Positions 51,340 through 64,000 of a stretch of 64,000 nt of DNA are shown here, one piece after another (the stretch's first letter is position 1; each line of letters opens with the position of its first letter). The stretch spans positions 1 through 64,000 of the forward strand of contig CM061249.1 of assembly GCA_022605425.2 (NCBI GenBank), written 5' to 3'. This stretch comes from Hamiltosporidium tvaerminnensis FI-OER-3-3. Its lineage: Eukaryota; Fungi; Microsporidia. The notes below the pieces were generated by a model, which saw only the letters and a program-made list of their open reading frames with translations, was not told the DNA's origin and did no database searches. The translations under genes were made by a program, and so were the position numbers.

Positions 51340-54300
51340 AATTAAAATCATTCATATTTTATGTAAATTTTTTAGCTAATTTTTTTTTCTTTCATACAAT
51401 AATATTTTTATATAGTGTATTAAAAAAGTTAATATTTCGAAAATCAAATTTAAAAAACTATATGAATTATTATTTGAAATATATGGAAAGGATATAAGAT
51501 CTTGTATTAGTTTGTGGATTTTGTAAATATGAAAAAATATCTTTGTTTTGTTGATTTTTGTTACCTTTTTTTTTCGATTTGTTTATGTATATTTGTATTG
51601 AAGGCTTTAAAACTAAGATAAAGTTAAGCTTATAAGAAATAGAATTTAATATTTATAAAATCACGAGAATAGTACATAAATGTTTATAATAATATAATTG
51701 GTTATGTTTAATATTCCATTTAGCCATGTTTCCGGCATATTTTTTTAATTTTACTTCTTCGATTTTTTATATAGTTTAGTATATAGGTATAGACAATCCA
51801 AAATTATTTTATAACGATTTTAAAAAATATAAGTTTTAGTAGATAAAAATCAATATAAATCTCTTGGACGGATAATATAATTTCTTTTTATAGTCTAGAT
51901 TAAAATTTTAATATGTTTTGGATTTTTTTTTAACCTATTTGTTTTAAATTTTGTTTTATATATTATATATATAGTGTATGAAACGATTTGGAAAAATGTA
52001 AAAAATAATTCAAACATAGTTAGATCTTAAGGTTGTAAATATATTATAATAGAATAGATATGTGTAAATAAATATAATATTTTTTTATATAGTATATCTT
52101 TATATTTTATGCAATTTTTATTCTATTTAATTTTTTTAGATTTTGGTCGATCATTTATGTATAGTCGAATGGAAGTTATAAAATTATTAAAAAATCGAGC
52201 TATAAAAGTATAAGATTACATATTTAGAAATTACTGTAACTAGAGTGAATGGTCTTATAATAATTAAAAATAATTTTTACTATCTAATTTGGTCATTTTT
52301 ATTATAAATTTTGTCATTAATTTTTTCACTGTATTTTTTTGAAATCTTTTGTTCATAGTGTATGAAACGACTAAAAATCGGAAACAAATTGGTTTAATAT
52401 ATACAATTTAATAATTGAAAATCCAATATCTAAACGCTTTAAATTATCTAAATTGTGAAAATTAATTTCTTTAAAATAAATTTCTTAACGTTTGGTGTTA
52501 TTAATGTACATTTTTTTTCGATTTTATTCAAAGCTAGTGTCCGCTTGAGTCGAATTGACAATACAAAAATTTTGAAAAAAATAAATTTAGAAAAATATAT
52601 GTTTTATTGAATAAAAATTGCATAAAGCACTTCGGATATTAGGTAAATAATTTAATTTTCTAGTTTTAAATAAAATTATGATTATCTTCGATGTCATTTT
52701 TTCCTACCTAATTTTTTGAATTTTGTTTAATATATTTTTATATAGTATATGAAACACTTTAGAAATCTTGAAGAACTTGGACTCGAAAAATATAAGATCT
52801 AATACTTTAAAATTGTTGTAAATACATCAGATGGGTTTTTAACAATATTTCATGCCTTTTTTATAGTTAAATATAGCTATGTTTTATCAGTTTTTATTGC
52901 ATAATTTTCTACGTTTTCATTCGATATATTTGCAGTATAAAGTTATGAAGAAATAAAAAAAATTTTAAAAAATATATTCGATTAAATACTTAAGAATTTA
53001 TTAAAATAATTCGAATCTGTAATTAATAATGAAATAAGATTGTTTATAATCAATTTAATTATGATTACAAGGATTTTTATTACCTAATTTTTTTTAAAAT
53101 TTTTCGTTTTTTTTCTATAGCAGTATTAAACACTCGGAAAATTAATAAAAAAATAAATGAAATATATAATATTAAATGGTTAATAATCACCCAAAATGGC
53201 TTAAAAGTTCTTAAAATAATTTAAAAAGATCGTTTAATATGAAATTATTTGTTTTTAATGTAAGTTTTTTTAACTAATTTTTAGTAATTTTTTTCAATAT
53301 AATTTGTATATAGTCGTATTGACGATTCGAGATGATGAAAATATCAGGAAAAAAAGAAAATCTTGAATGATAAAAAATCTCTCAAAATTATACAGAACTT
53401 CTTTCAATAATCTTATAATTATATTTTACAAAGATTTAGGAATGTTTCTGAGTAATTCCATTTTCCAAATTTTCATATTTTTTTTCTATAATATTTTCTA
53501 TATACTGTAGGAAACGATTTTAAATTAGAAAAAAAAATTCAGAAAAAAACATTAGTTATAATCTCAAAGAACACATATAATAAATGTTCTTAGGATATCA
53601 TTAATGTTATGTTTATGTTAAATTTTCTGAGATTCTAAGCAATTTTTTTTTACTGAATTTTTTAAAGTCATTTGTTATATTTATATATACTATATTCAAT
53701 TATTCGAAAGTTATCACAAATTAAAAATATAAAAAAAATTATGTTTATTTAAATAAGAATTATTCGAAATACTACCGGGTAGATTCTTAACCTAATATAT
53801 TTATTCTTAAATTTGTATTTGATTTACCTATATTTTTTAATTCTGTTAGATTAGTTTCAATATAGTTGTATAAACCATTGCAAGATTCTAAAAATAAACT
53901 AAAAAAATATATGATTTATTACCTTAAGAATGTAAAAACATTCCATATGGATTTATAAAGTTCCGAATGAGATAATAAAAAATTTGGTCAATTTATTAAT
54001 TTTTTTGATTTACTTAATCAGTTTTCGTACAGTCGTATATACGATTTAAAAAATATAAAAAAGCTGTTCTTAAAAAATAAACGCTTCAATGCATAGGAAT
54101 CTATAAAAATACATCAAGTGTGATTTTAATAATTTTATTTTTATGTTTACTATAAAATATAGCAGTTTTTCTTATAAATTTTTATTACTTATTTTTGCAA
54201 TGTTGCTTAGTATATCTTTTATATGTGTATGAAGAAATTTAAGAATTATGAAAAATTCAAGTTGCCCAAATAAACCTTAAAATGATTATAACGCTCTAAA

Positions 54301-55740
54301 TATTTTAAAAAATACGTCTATATACTTAGATTATGGTTTATGATAATATTAAGTCATTTTGTGTGTTTGTTTCAATTTTCAATTTTTTTGAATTTTTTTG
54401 GCATATATACCTATAATATATGTCGCGTTTTAAAATTAAAAAACATCAACGAAAAAATACATATTCAATGCACAGCTTTTTAATTAATCTATAGCGGAGT
54501 CTTAAAGTACTCTAAAAGCTTGCTTCTGAGTAAACTCCAAAATTCTGAAAGTAAATTTCTAAATTAATTTTTTCGAATTTGTCAAACTACATAGTATATT
54601 GTGAATGAAGAAATTTAAAAAAAGGTGAAAATCTTCTTAAAAAAAATTTAAGAATTATATTACGAAAATATCGCAACTATCAAATTCTGTATAGTGTAAC
54701 AGAATATTTTTCTTTAATTATAATTTATAGTATATCTTTCTATTAAATTCGAATGAATTGATTTATTCGATTTGTTTTATGTATAGTCGTTAGAATGATA
54801 TGAAAAATGGAAAAAAATATAATTAAAAAAATAGATGTTTCGTTGAATAAAAATTGGTATAGATACATCAGATGTTTAGTAAAAAAAATTTATTTATAGT
54901 TAAGAATAAATTTAGTCTTTTTTCTTAGCTTTTTTTATTGCTTGATTTTTTCTATTTTGTTTAATAGAGTTACATGTATCAGAATTGAAGATTTTCAAAT
55001 TTTTAAAATACTGTGTAAGAAAGAAATACTATTTAATGCTCAGAAATTGATACAAATTCTACTAATATGCTTATAAAATATGACTGTTTATTTTATATAA
55101 AATTTGGGTATGCAATCTTCATTACAATTTTTTTTTTGATTTTTTTCGTGATATATTTGTACATGTAATGAAACAAATCGAGAATTATCCATGACAAAAT
55201 AAAATTTTTAAATAGTCAAAAAACAGCAAAAATACAAGAAATTAGCTAATAAGGAAACAATATTGAGGTTGTTAATAAAATTTTCCCGTTTTTAAGAACA
55301 TTATTTCATAAATATTTTTTTTTTCATTTCGATCAACCTATCTCGTATATAGTGTGTAGGTTATTCCAAAATTTTTGAAAATATTTTACAAGATATATGT
55401 TTTAATACCGAAAATTACTTTTAATATAATGAATAATTGTTTAATAATTAGATATTGTATGTATAATAAAATTTCTAGGTGCTTTTTGTAAATTTCTGTA
55501 CTCCAAAATTATCGAATTTAGTCGATATAGGTACTTATAGTCGTATTGAAGATTCTAAAATATGAAAAGCAAATATAAAAACAAATAAGATTATATACAT
55601 GAAAAATAACCAGAAAAAGGACCAGAAATCTTTTAATTATCAAATATGGTTTCTAAAAATTAAATCAGCTATTTTTTCTTTAAATTTTAATACTTGTTTA
55701 TTTTTTAAATTTTATTTAGCTTCGTTTCCTTTTTAAGTTT
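51340..55740. repeat. Diverged ~190-bp tandem repeat, array 3 (about 23 units)
   Basis: Same core motif. The part from 52482 onward is a near-identical copy of array 1. Confidence 0.85.
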
Positions 55741-56139
55741 TTTTAACTGAAATATTTTATGTTTTTGTAATTATTTTTCTTCTTTTTACTACATTAAAAA
55801 TTTCTTGTTGTATATACTTGTTTTACTTAAATTCATTTTGCTTAACCTTAATCGACTTTTTAAATGTGGTTACATTTTTTTAGATCATTCTTTTGTTATT
55901 CATTTTCTAAGTTAAATGCTCCCTTATGTAAGCGTTTTTCTACAAATAAACTATTCTAGCTCTTATAATGTTGAATTTTTTCAAAAAGTACTATTTTTTC
56001 TTTAATAATGTATTATGTTATTATATTTTTATGGAATTTTTATAAATTTAATGTCAATTTTATCTTCATTTAGCTAAAAATTGAGTTTAATAACATCAAT
56101 ATGTTACATTTGAATATATACTTAAGTTTTTTCTCTTTT

Positions 56140-59100
56140 TATATGATTTATAAGTCTTAACCCTAGTAAGCTTATAAAATTTACCATAATTGGAAGTTTT
56201 TAAGTGTAAGGTATTGGATGTTTTTTTATCCTTATTGGATATAGTTGGACTATTAAAACCTTTACTCAATATCTCAAAATAAGACTATTTTATCTTGGTC
56301 ATAATACGCTGTGTTTAACTTTATTATGGCCTTATTAAATTTTATGAAATCGTTTGGAAAAGCTCTCAGTATATTGTTAGAAACATATATCATATATGGG
56401 ATTTATAGATAACTTTCGTTTTCATATAACCTCATATCATTTACCTTTTATAAAATTGATTGAAATGCCAGGTATCTATTACAAATGTATTGTTTATGTT
56501 TCTTAAAAAAAATATAAATCTATTTGAAAGAAAGATGTATATGTGAAAGATATTTTAATATCATGTATAAAACTTTTAATCGAATTAATGAGAAAATTAA
56601 TATTATTACCTTTTGTGAAATGGATTGAATTTTATAGATTTATAAAGAGATTAATTTATTATGTGTAATACAATCTATGGGCAGTAGATCTTAATATTTC
56701 ATTCATCTCAATATATCATATAAATAAATATTTCGTTTTATAATATATAGCCAGAGTAAACCAACTTAAATTGTTATATTCATAAATGTATTAAATTTTT
56801 TTATAATTTGTAAACTCTTTTTATTAGACTTATATACTATCTTACTGCAAAGTACTAAAGAATTAACTTTAACTAAATAGGATAGAATACTAAAATGTCT
56901 TGAACTATTAACTTTATTTTATTTATATTACTTTTATACTAAAACCACATTATAATGAATGATTTTACATTAACTATTCGTACATTTGAATGCTTTTGAA
57001 TTATCTACCTAGTTTAAAGGCGATTTCTATAACTATGTTTTAAATGCTTAGGATATCTGCTATTTGGGTTTTTTTGATCTTTAACTTTCACTGTAGCAAT
57101 ACGGATTCACTCAAAAAAACAATTCAACTAAAAAATAATTTTGATAATATTTTATTTTGTAAAAGATAGATTGAATGATCAATATATAGTTTAGTATAAA
57201 CTTAATTTTACACCACATTTTTTTAATATATATTTTTTTATATCTTTACAGCCACGAACAACTCTTTACATAATAAAGAAATACTTATATTAATGAAATC
57301 ATAAGATATTGATAACATTTTTATATCTAGATATATTTATAAGAGGACATTAAATGAAAAGATTGAAAAAACATATTTTTTTTACTCAATAAGTCGTGTA
57401 TTATAATTTAACAAATAAAATTTCGATGATCTTGTTTGTCGATTTATAGCTAATTATATCGAAAGTATTATTTTTCCAATTAAAACGTAAAAATAAAGAT
57501 ACTTGGGTATCAAAAATCACTAAAACTATAAGTGAGCTTCAATTCTAAATGTTGTGGCATCTTTTACAAGTAAATTAGTACTTTTTAATTTTGAAACTTT
57601 CGATTCTTCCTTATATGAATAAAAATTAAATTAATTTAGAGGAATAGAACTTATGCCAACCAACTAAAATATTTTTACTAGAATATTAGCACCTTTAATA
57701 TAATATTTCAAACTATCCAAGCTGATTCGGATTATGGAATGGCATATCTAAGGTTTTCAGATATGTTAGCATTGTTTAAAGGGTAGTCTCAAAGAACTCA
57801 TCTGATCTTGTTTAAGGTCAAAATTAACTAAATAATTTAATGAATTCACTCATAATATATTGGTACATAAATACACAATATCATTAACTAGAATTACAAT
57901 AACGCGAAGGAAAAGAGCTCAATTATGAGACGCCTTGGTCTGTTTGAAAATACTCGAGGTGGAGATGTATGTGGTAAAGAAAAAGATAAAATAATATGAT
58001 GAGATTTATAAATTAACCATTTAAAATTCAAAGATTTTATTTACTCTACATCACAAAACACTACTCTTGTATATTTGCTCTAAATATTTCTTTTAATAGT
58101 TAAAAAAATTCATTGTTCCTTTATGATATATGAGTGGAGCGTAGTCTCTATGATTGAATTGTTTTCTTCTTGATTAAATGTGTACTTCCTATTATAAAAA
58201 TCTTCATAAATATTTGAGCTATTAACGCTTAAGTAAGCCGTTTGAACTCAATACAAATTTTGTATTATATATTATCTTATACTATTTTTTGGTTTGTGTT
58301 AGAAGATTAAACATATTTTACATTTTTCAAAAATTAAAAGGTAATGCTGTTTCGAAGAAATATTTTTTAATGTATATTTGTTTAGTACTTTTTGCGTTTA
58401 AAAAAATTCCAAACTCCTAAATCTATATGCTTCTTTTGTTTGAAATACTATGCATTTCATATTTAATTGAAAGGTATCAAATAATAATTTGGAAATTTTC
58501 TCATGTACACAATTTACAATAAAGAATAAAAAATTTACGTGGATACATATTCGCTTATACAAAGCTTTTCTGGTTTAAGTGAATTTGTTAAAAATAAAAC
58601 TTTGGTCAAATGATATGCAGCTTAACAAATAAAGATTTTTATGTTTTTTTATATTATTAATAATAATTTAGCAGAACTCATGTAGCAATTATTTTAAATA
58701 TATCTCTATACGTATTAAACAATAGATTTTTTAGGTAATACATGGTTTGAAATTAATTTATTTTACAGCTATTTTTATAATTTTTTTTTATTTAAATTTA
58801 TGCAAGTAATAAATTCAGATATGAAATAGAATATGAAGAAAATTATATATGTAGGGATATACTTATAGAATATTTTAGTATGATTTAAAAGAAGCCAAGA
58901 ACATAATTTAAATGTGTATTGTTATACTTTAAAATGGAATAGAAGGGTAAACAGTGGATTTTATAATTAACAATTGTGGCTTGAGCTAATTCATATTGTA
59001 ACTGGATTGATTGCTTTGGAAAAATATCTATCAAGATACTGAACGAATTAAATGAAATTTGATTCAAGTGACATTGATTGTAAAAAAATTCACAAGTATA

Positions 59101-60250
59101 AAAGGCAAGGGTTTTTCATTTTGTAGCATCTTCTACGATTAGGTTCAAGAATATGTTTGAAACATCTGATGCTCTATAGGAAAAGCTCTTCATCTTTAAA
59201 ACTACAAGAGCTATGACTGCAATGAAGTGGAAGCCAAATATAACAAATGCCACCGTTCACGGATATGAATTCTCTGTAATATTTGCAGCTATATTTGCTG
59301 CATCTGTATATATCCTAATTGGTGGATTATAGAAAGATTTATTAATGTTTATCCCCATGGGTCTAAACATGATTAATTGTATAGCTATCTCAAATCACAT
59401 TCGTTCTTGTTGAAAAATCGAAAAATTTGAAATTAGTGATTTTAACAATCTTGTAATGCGTTTAGATAATCTTAACTGCAACATCAATTGTATTTACAGG
59501 AACTTTAAGGTAATGAGCCAAATACTAGGATAACACTGCCTATTTAGATAGAAAAGTTGTTTGAAGAAATATACCCTATATAATAAAATTATATCAAAAT
59601 ACTGTTCAAAAAAATTTTAAATCATCTTACGAACAACCTTAATTTATTATTTACAATATCTTACAATTTTGATTGTATGCTTTTAAGTGCTTTATCTCGG
59701 TCACAATCAAAAACAATATGTCTTTTATAATATTTTGGATAGGTGTAGATTCTTGTGTATTTACATTTCTATTTTAATAAATTTGTTCGTTTTATTTTTC
59801 TAAAGGTTTTACACACTTTGTTGCTAGCTATGTTACAGAACTTAAGTAAAGACATTATAATGTTAATCTAACCGTATATTTCTTTAATGTTTTTCTAAAC
59901 TAACTTTCTAGTATTTAAATTCTACAGGTTAGGTAAATAATATTTTCTCTACTATATTTCCCAAGTATTTCCCTGACTTAGGTTAGTGAAAGCAAAATAT
60001 TTTAATTGGAATGGTATTAAGTGCTATTACATTTTCCAAATATATTAACTTTTTTATTTTGCTTTTCTAAGCTAGTTTGTGTGATTTGCATGAAATCTTT
60101 CAATTCATATCAAATTATATTAAAATGGCTTTTTTTGGCTTAACCATAGAAAGTTTTAGTTTCCCTTTTATAACGAATTTTAAAAAATAGAAATAAAACG
60201 AAGATATCCTTAAATGCCTTTTGAAATCGCACTTTTTAAAAGTTTTTTAT
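56140..60250. pseudogene. Family A pseudogene copy inside duplication copy 2
   Basis: Colinear with 13460-17600, with some different indels. Confidence 0.55.
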
Positions 60251-60649
60251 GAGTTTCTTGCTTTTACTGTAGTAAGTAAACATTCATACATTGATTTAAC
60301 ATTGAAAACCCTTATGCATGAAATAGCGACATTTCTTTTGAATATAAAAATAAAACGCTTGTAAATGTATTGCTTTTAATATTTTTAATTAAAATAAATT
60401 TTCAACTATAAACAAACAAGTATTGAGTTTATTCATCTGAAATTTAAAAAAAACTTTGTCCTAATAGTAAATGATTTTTTACATGTAATAATTTGAATTT
60501 AGCAGATTTCATAATTTTTTCCAAATAAAACTACTCTTGGAACTTTGGAACAAAAAATATTTATGTTTTAAAAAAGAATTCCTCAAACGAAAATTAAAAA
60601 AAATTTAAAAGCAGCTGAATATTAATGAAAGAAGGAATTTATTTGTAAT

Positions 60650-61710
60650 TAGACATACCCTTTTCAATTAACCGCAATCAGAATTTATAAACTGTTGCTC
60701 AACAATATTTTATTGAGCATATGCAGAATCAAATACTTAGTAAAACCAAACTCTTTTTAAAAAATAGCAAAAACTTTTTTCACTCAACTAATTAATTTCA
60801 TACCACTCCAAACAAGCTTTCCCTACCCTTTTTTTTAATCCCCGAAACCAAGCGTTTTTCTTCAACCCTATTAATATTTCCCTATCCCGATTGTTTTTAC
60901 CCAAATTTCTTTTCTACATAACAGAATCTCACCCGCCTTAATTTCTTTATATTTAAATATATTTTAAATAACTTACTTCATCATTTTCCTGGCCAAATCA
61001 TTTTATCTTTAAATTTATTTTTTCCGCAATTAATTTCTTTTGCCCTAACATTCTTTTTTCCATAAACTTGTTTCCCTTCAGGACAATTCTTCTTTACAAA
61101 AGTAATTTTTATTTATTCTGTTCAAATTATTTTCTTTTTTTAAAACTTGTAGCTTTAAAACAAATTTTAATAACATACCCAACTCTATTAATTTCAACTA
61201 AATATTATCATTCTGACAATTTTTTTCTAATTAACAGATTCTTCTTCTACCAATTTTAACTTTCCTTAGTATTTTTTAAATTTTAAAAAACAATACTTTT
61301 TCCTTAGAAATCCTTTCCCCCGGCCTGATTTCACTTTCCCTAAACCCTATTACCAACTAATTCTCTTTTCCCATATCTAATTTTCTTCCTTCGTATACCT
61401 GTTCCCTAGCTAAAATCCTTTTTCCGTAACTACAATTTTTCTTTCCCTAACCAAAAACTTTTTTAATAGATGTAAAACCCAATGCTTATCTCTACTCTAA
61501 TTTTACTCTCACGATTTATTCCTAAATTTTTTCCTCCAATAATTTTTTTTTTCTAACTACAATCTTTTTTTTCTTGCATTATTTTCTTCTCCCAAACTTT
61601 TTTATTCTTATTGAAAAAAAATTGGGGTAAAAAAATAGAAATTATTTAAAAAAGATAATTCTCTTATCTAAAAGTTGGGTTTCAATTTTTCCCTATCCTA
61701 CGGTATGAAA
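60650..61710 (+). repeat. Duplicate of the degenerate telomere-like tract
   Basis: Contains tttccctaccc, tttccctaaaccct and ctttccctaacc; colinear with 18000-19060. Confidence 0.6.
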
Positions 61711-64000
61711 CCATGTTTGTTTTTTTATAAAAAGTAGTTTCCTGTAATTTTTATCCAAGTAATAACGGTATTTTAATCTTTGCTAACCAATATTTTTCCA
61801 CTTAAAGTTTTTATAAATCAAAATTTATATTGATTGTAAATTTACTTCTTCAAAAATATATTTTTTCTTAGATTCTATACTATGAAAATACACAAATTTA
61901 GATTTGAAAAGGCTTCTTAGAATCATATTAATCTAATAAATATTTAAATTTCTTTTTGTAATAATTTACCTTTTGTGAAGTTAGGGAATGTAAACCTCAA
62001 AAGCGTTCTAAAAAAAAGGTGAATTTACTTATAGTAGATAAAATAAACAAAAAAATGTTTTGTAAGAATCTCTTCTAAATTGGGAAGAAAAGTAATATAT
62101 AAAATAAGAAAAAAATAAAGAAAAAATAAAAAAAACTGTTTTACTAAGAAAAATTTAATATGTAAATTTGAATTGGATTGTCACGGAGGAAATTAAACTT
62201 GCTATTCCATGCTAGCCAAAACCAAAAAAAAAATTTAAACACTAACTTAATTGGTTTAGTTAATTATTTTTAGTATGTTTCGTAATCTTTCTTTAAAGAT
62301 GAATCATGATAAAGAGATTCTGAAGTCTAGGTAATGTTTATAAAATAGTTGGTCTGAAATAATACAGGGAGAAGAATGTGATGAATTGGGATAGTATTAT
62401 GGTATGTAGAGATACATTTTCAAGGTGCATTTTTCAAAAAGGGAGATAGAGGGAAGTAAGTAGGTTGGGTAAAAAAACGTGTAATAAAAAGTTAGTGTGT
62501 TAGTCAGAATAAAAACGGGCATCACTTGTCTTTTTCTTTAAGCTTTTAGTTCAGTTCTTGAAATTTGATTTAATTCGGATTATCTCTTAGAGTGATCACC
62601 CAACCCTGAAGGAGTTTGGATCAATTACATATTTGAGTTCAAAAATACCTTTATTCTATCTGTAAATATTTAAATATTAAAAACAATTTAAATTTGATAG
62701 TGACTTTTTTGAAAATTTGTTACTATAAAAGCTCCGATTGTTTATATTGTTTTATTTTTGTCTACATTTTACTAAAAAGTGAATTTTTCTACATACTTTT
62801 TTTGAAAAATTGCGTTTTCAAAAACCGTATAAAGTTATTTTTAGATTCCCTTGAATTCTTTGTACAAATTCAAAATATTTTGTTCCGTTTTAGTATTCTA
62901 TAACTTTTTACAATTCATTGCAAATTTTTTAGTCAGTTATATATTTTTTACCTTCCTGCTAGTTTGGTTTAGTTAGTACTGTATAAATTTAAATGTAATT
63001 GTATATTTATATTTATTAAAATTTTAACCTTTATAATTTTTTTACATATTTAAAATTGTCTACTATTTTCATGTATCCATTTATGATAAATATATATACC
63101 AGGGCTTAATAATATCTATAAATTGTCTTATTCCTTCTACTTCTACCTACTATGTGCAAAATTCTAGCTTTTTTTGTGAGAAAATTAAGATTTTTGATAA
63201 ATATACGACTTTCTTTGAATAATAATTACTTTCTAAATTAAAAAAAATATTGCCAAGCCGAAAATATTAAGTTCAAATTTGTTTGAAAGAATCTATTAAA
63301 CGTACAAATTTAACTTTTCAAACAAATTACTAAAGTGATATAGCACCTTAGCATATTTCATTCTGAATTTATGTGTTACCTTCGCAAATTATATTCAAAT
63401 TAAGAAATTGAAAATTTTCAGAAGAGTTTTTAGTCGTAAAAAAGTACATTTAAAATGAAGACAAATTGTTTTTTTTCGTTATGAAAATACCGAATTTTGA
63501 GCAACACTCATGTTAATAGTTTTTTAGGAAATATGCATCAAGTTATTTTTTTTTTATTTTTTAGTAATTTACAAAAATAAAAAATTTGAAAGTACGTTTA
63601 TGATTAGGGGGTTTATCTTAAAATTATGGTTGATTAATTCTAAACTTCGGAGGTGCATGTTTTTAGCTATTTAATCACAATTAGGAAGTAAATTTTTCGT
63701 TTTATATAATATTACTTTTTATGTCTATTATTCAGTTAGAGAATATATCAAAACAGTCAGTTCTATGATTTCTTAAAAGATTTAAGTGTTTTGTAGAATT
63801 CGTTTTATCATAGGCTAAAAATTTTTTTTTGAAATATATTAAAAGTTGATTATTTTATATGCTCCTATAGTTTACTTGAAAAAAGAAAATCTTAAGAAAA
63901 CCTGGTAAATTATAAGTTTAACCGGTCTTGGATCTAGGTTTGAAACTTTTATTTAAGAATAGCTTGTTAAAAACATTAGATTGAGTAAGTAAAATTTCTT

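Larger units (their letters stand above)
52482..63230 (+). repeat. Segmental duplication, copy 2
   Basis: Direct-orientation copy of 9805-20550. Similarity falls from left to right. Confidence 0.95.

Noticed and set aside
13292-62903. Short 60-90 aa ORFs in the ORF track as genes
   Set aside because: F/L/I/K/Y-rich low-complexity translations of AT-rich DNA, often with non-ATG starts and not preserved between duplicated copies.

Overview
Left end of a very AT-rich eukaryotic chromosome: about 0.5 kb of (CCCTAA)n telomere followed by about 63 kb of subtelomere in which I can find no intact host gene. By inference the organism is a microsporidian, possibly Hamiltosporidium-like (CCC motif just before an ATG, GGGTGTTA minisatellite, decayed multigene families). 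The only intact coding unit is a full-length APE-type non-LTR retrotransposon (about 5143-9264) with ORF1, ORF2, a 3' stem-loop, an A14 tail and an 11-bp A7TAAT target-site duplication. Its most unusual property is that the first ~160 nt, read on the minus strand, form a series of hairpins. They end in a mimic of the element's own 3' end (CAC...GTTGTG stem, GTTGTGAG, 13-15 nt, CTTAA), and a palindromic spacer separates this module from ORF1. The rest of the window contains three arrays of a diverged ~190-bp repeat, a ~50-copy TAACACCC minisatellite, degenerate telomere-like tracts, a ~10.7-kb segmental duplication (about 9805-20550 vs 52482-63230), TE relics (bipartite RTE, R1-like, Merlin-like) and pseudogene remnants. 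All alignments, identities and folds were judged by eye.
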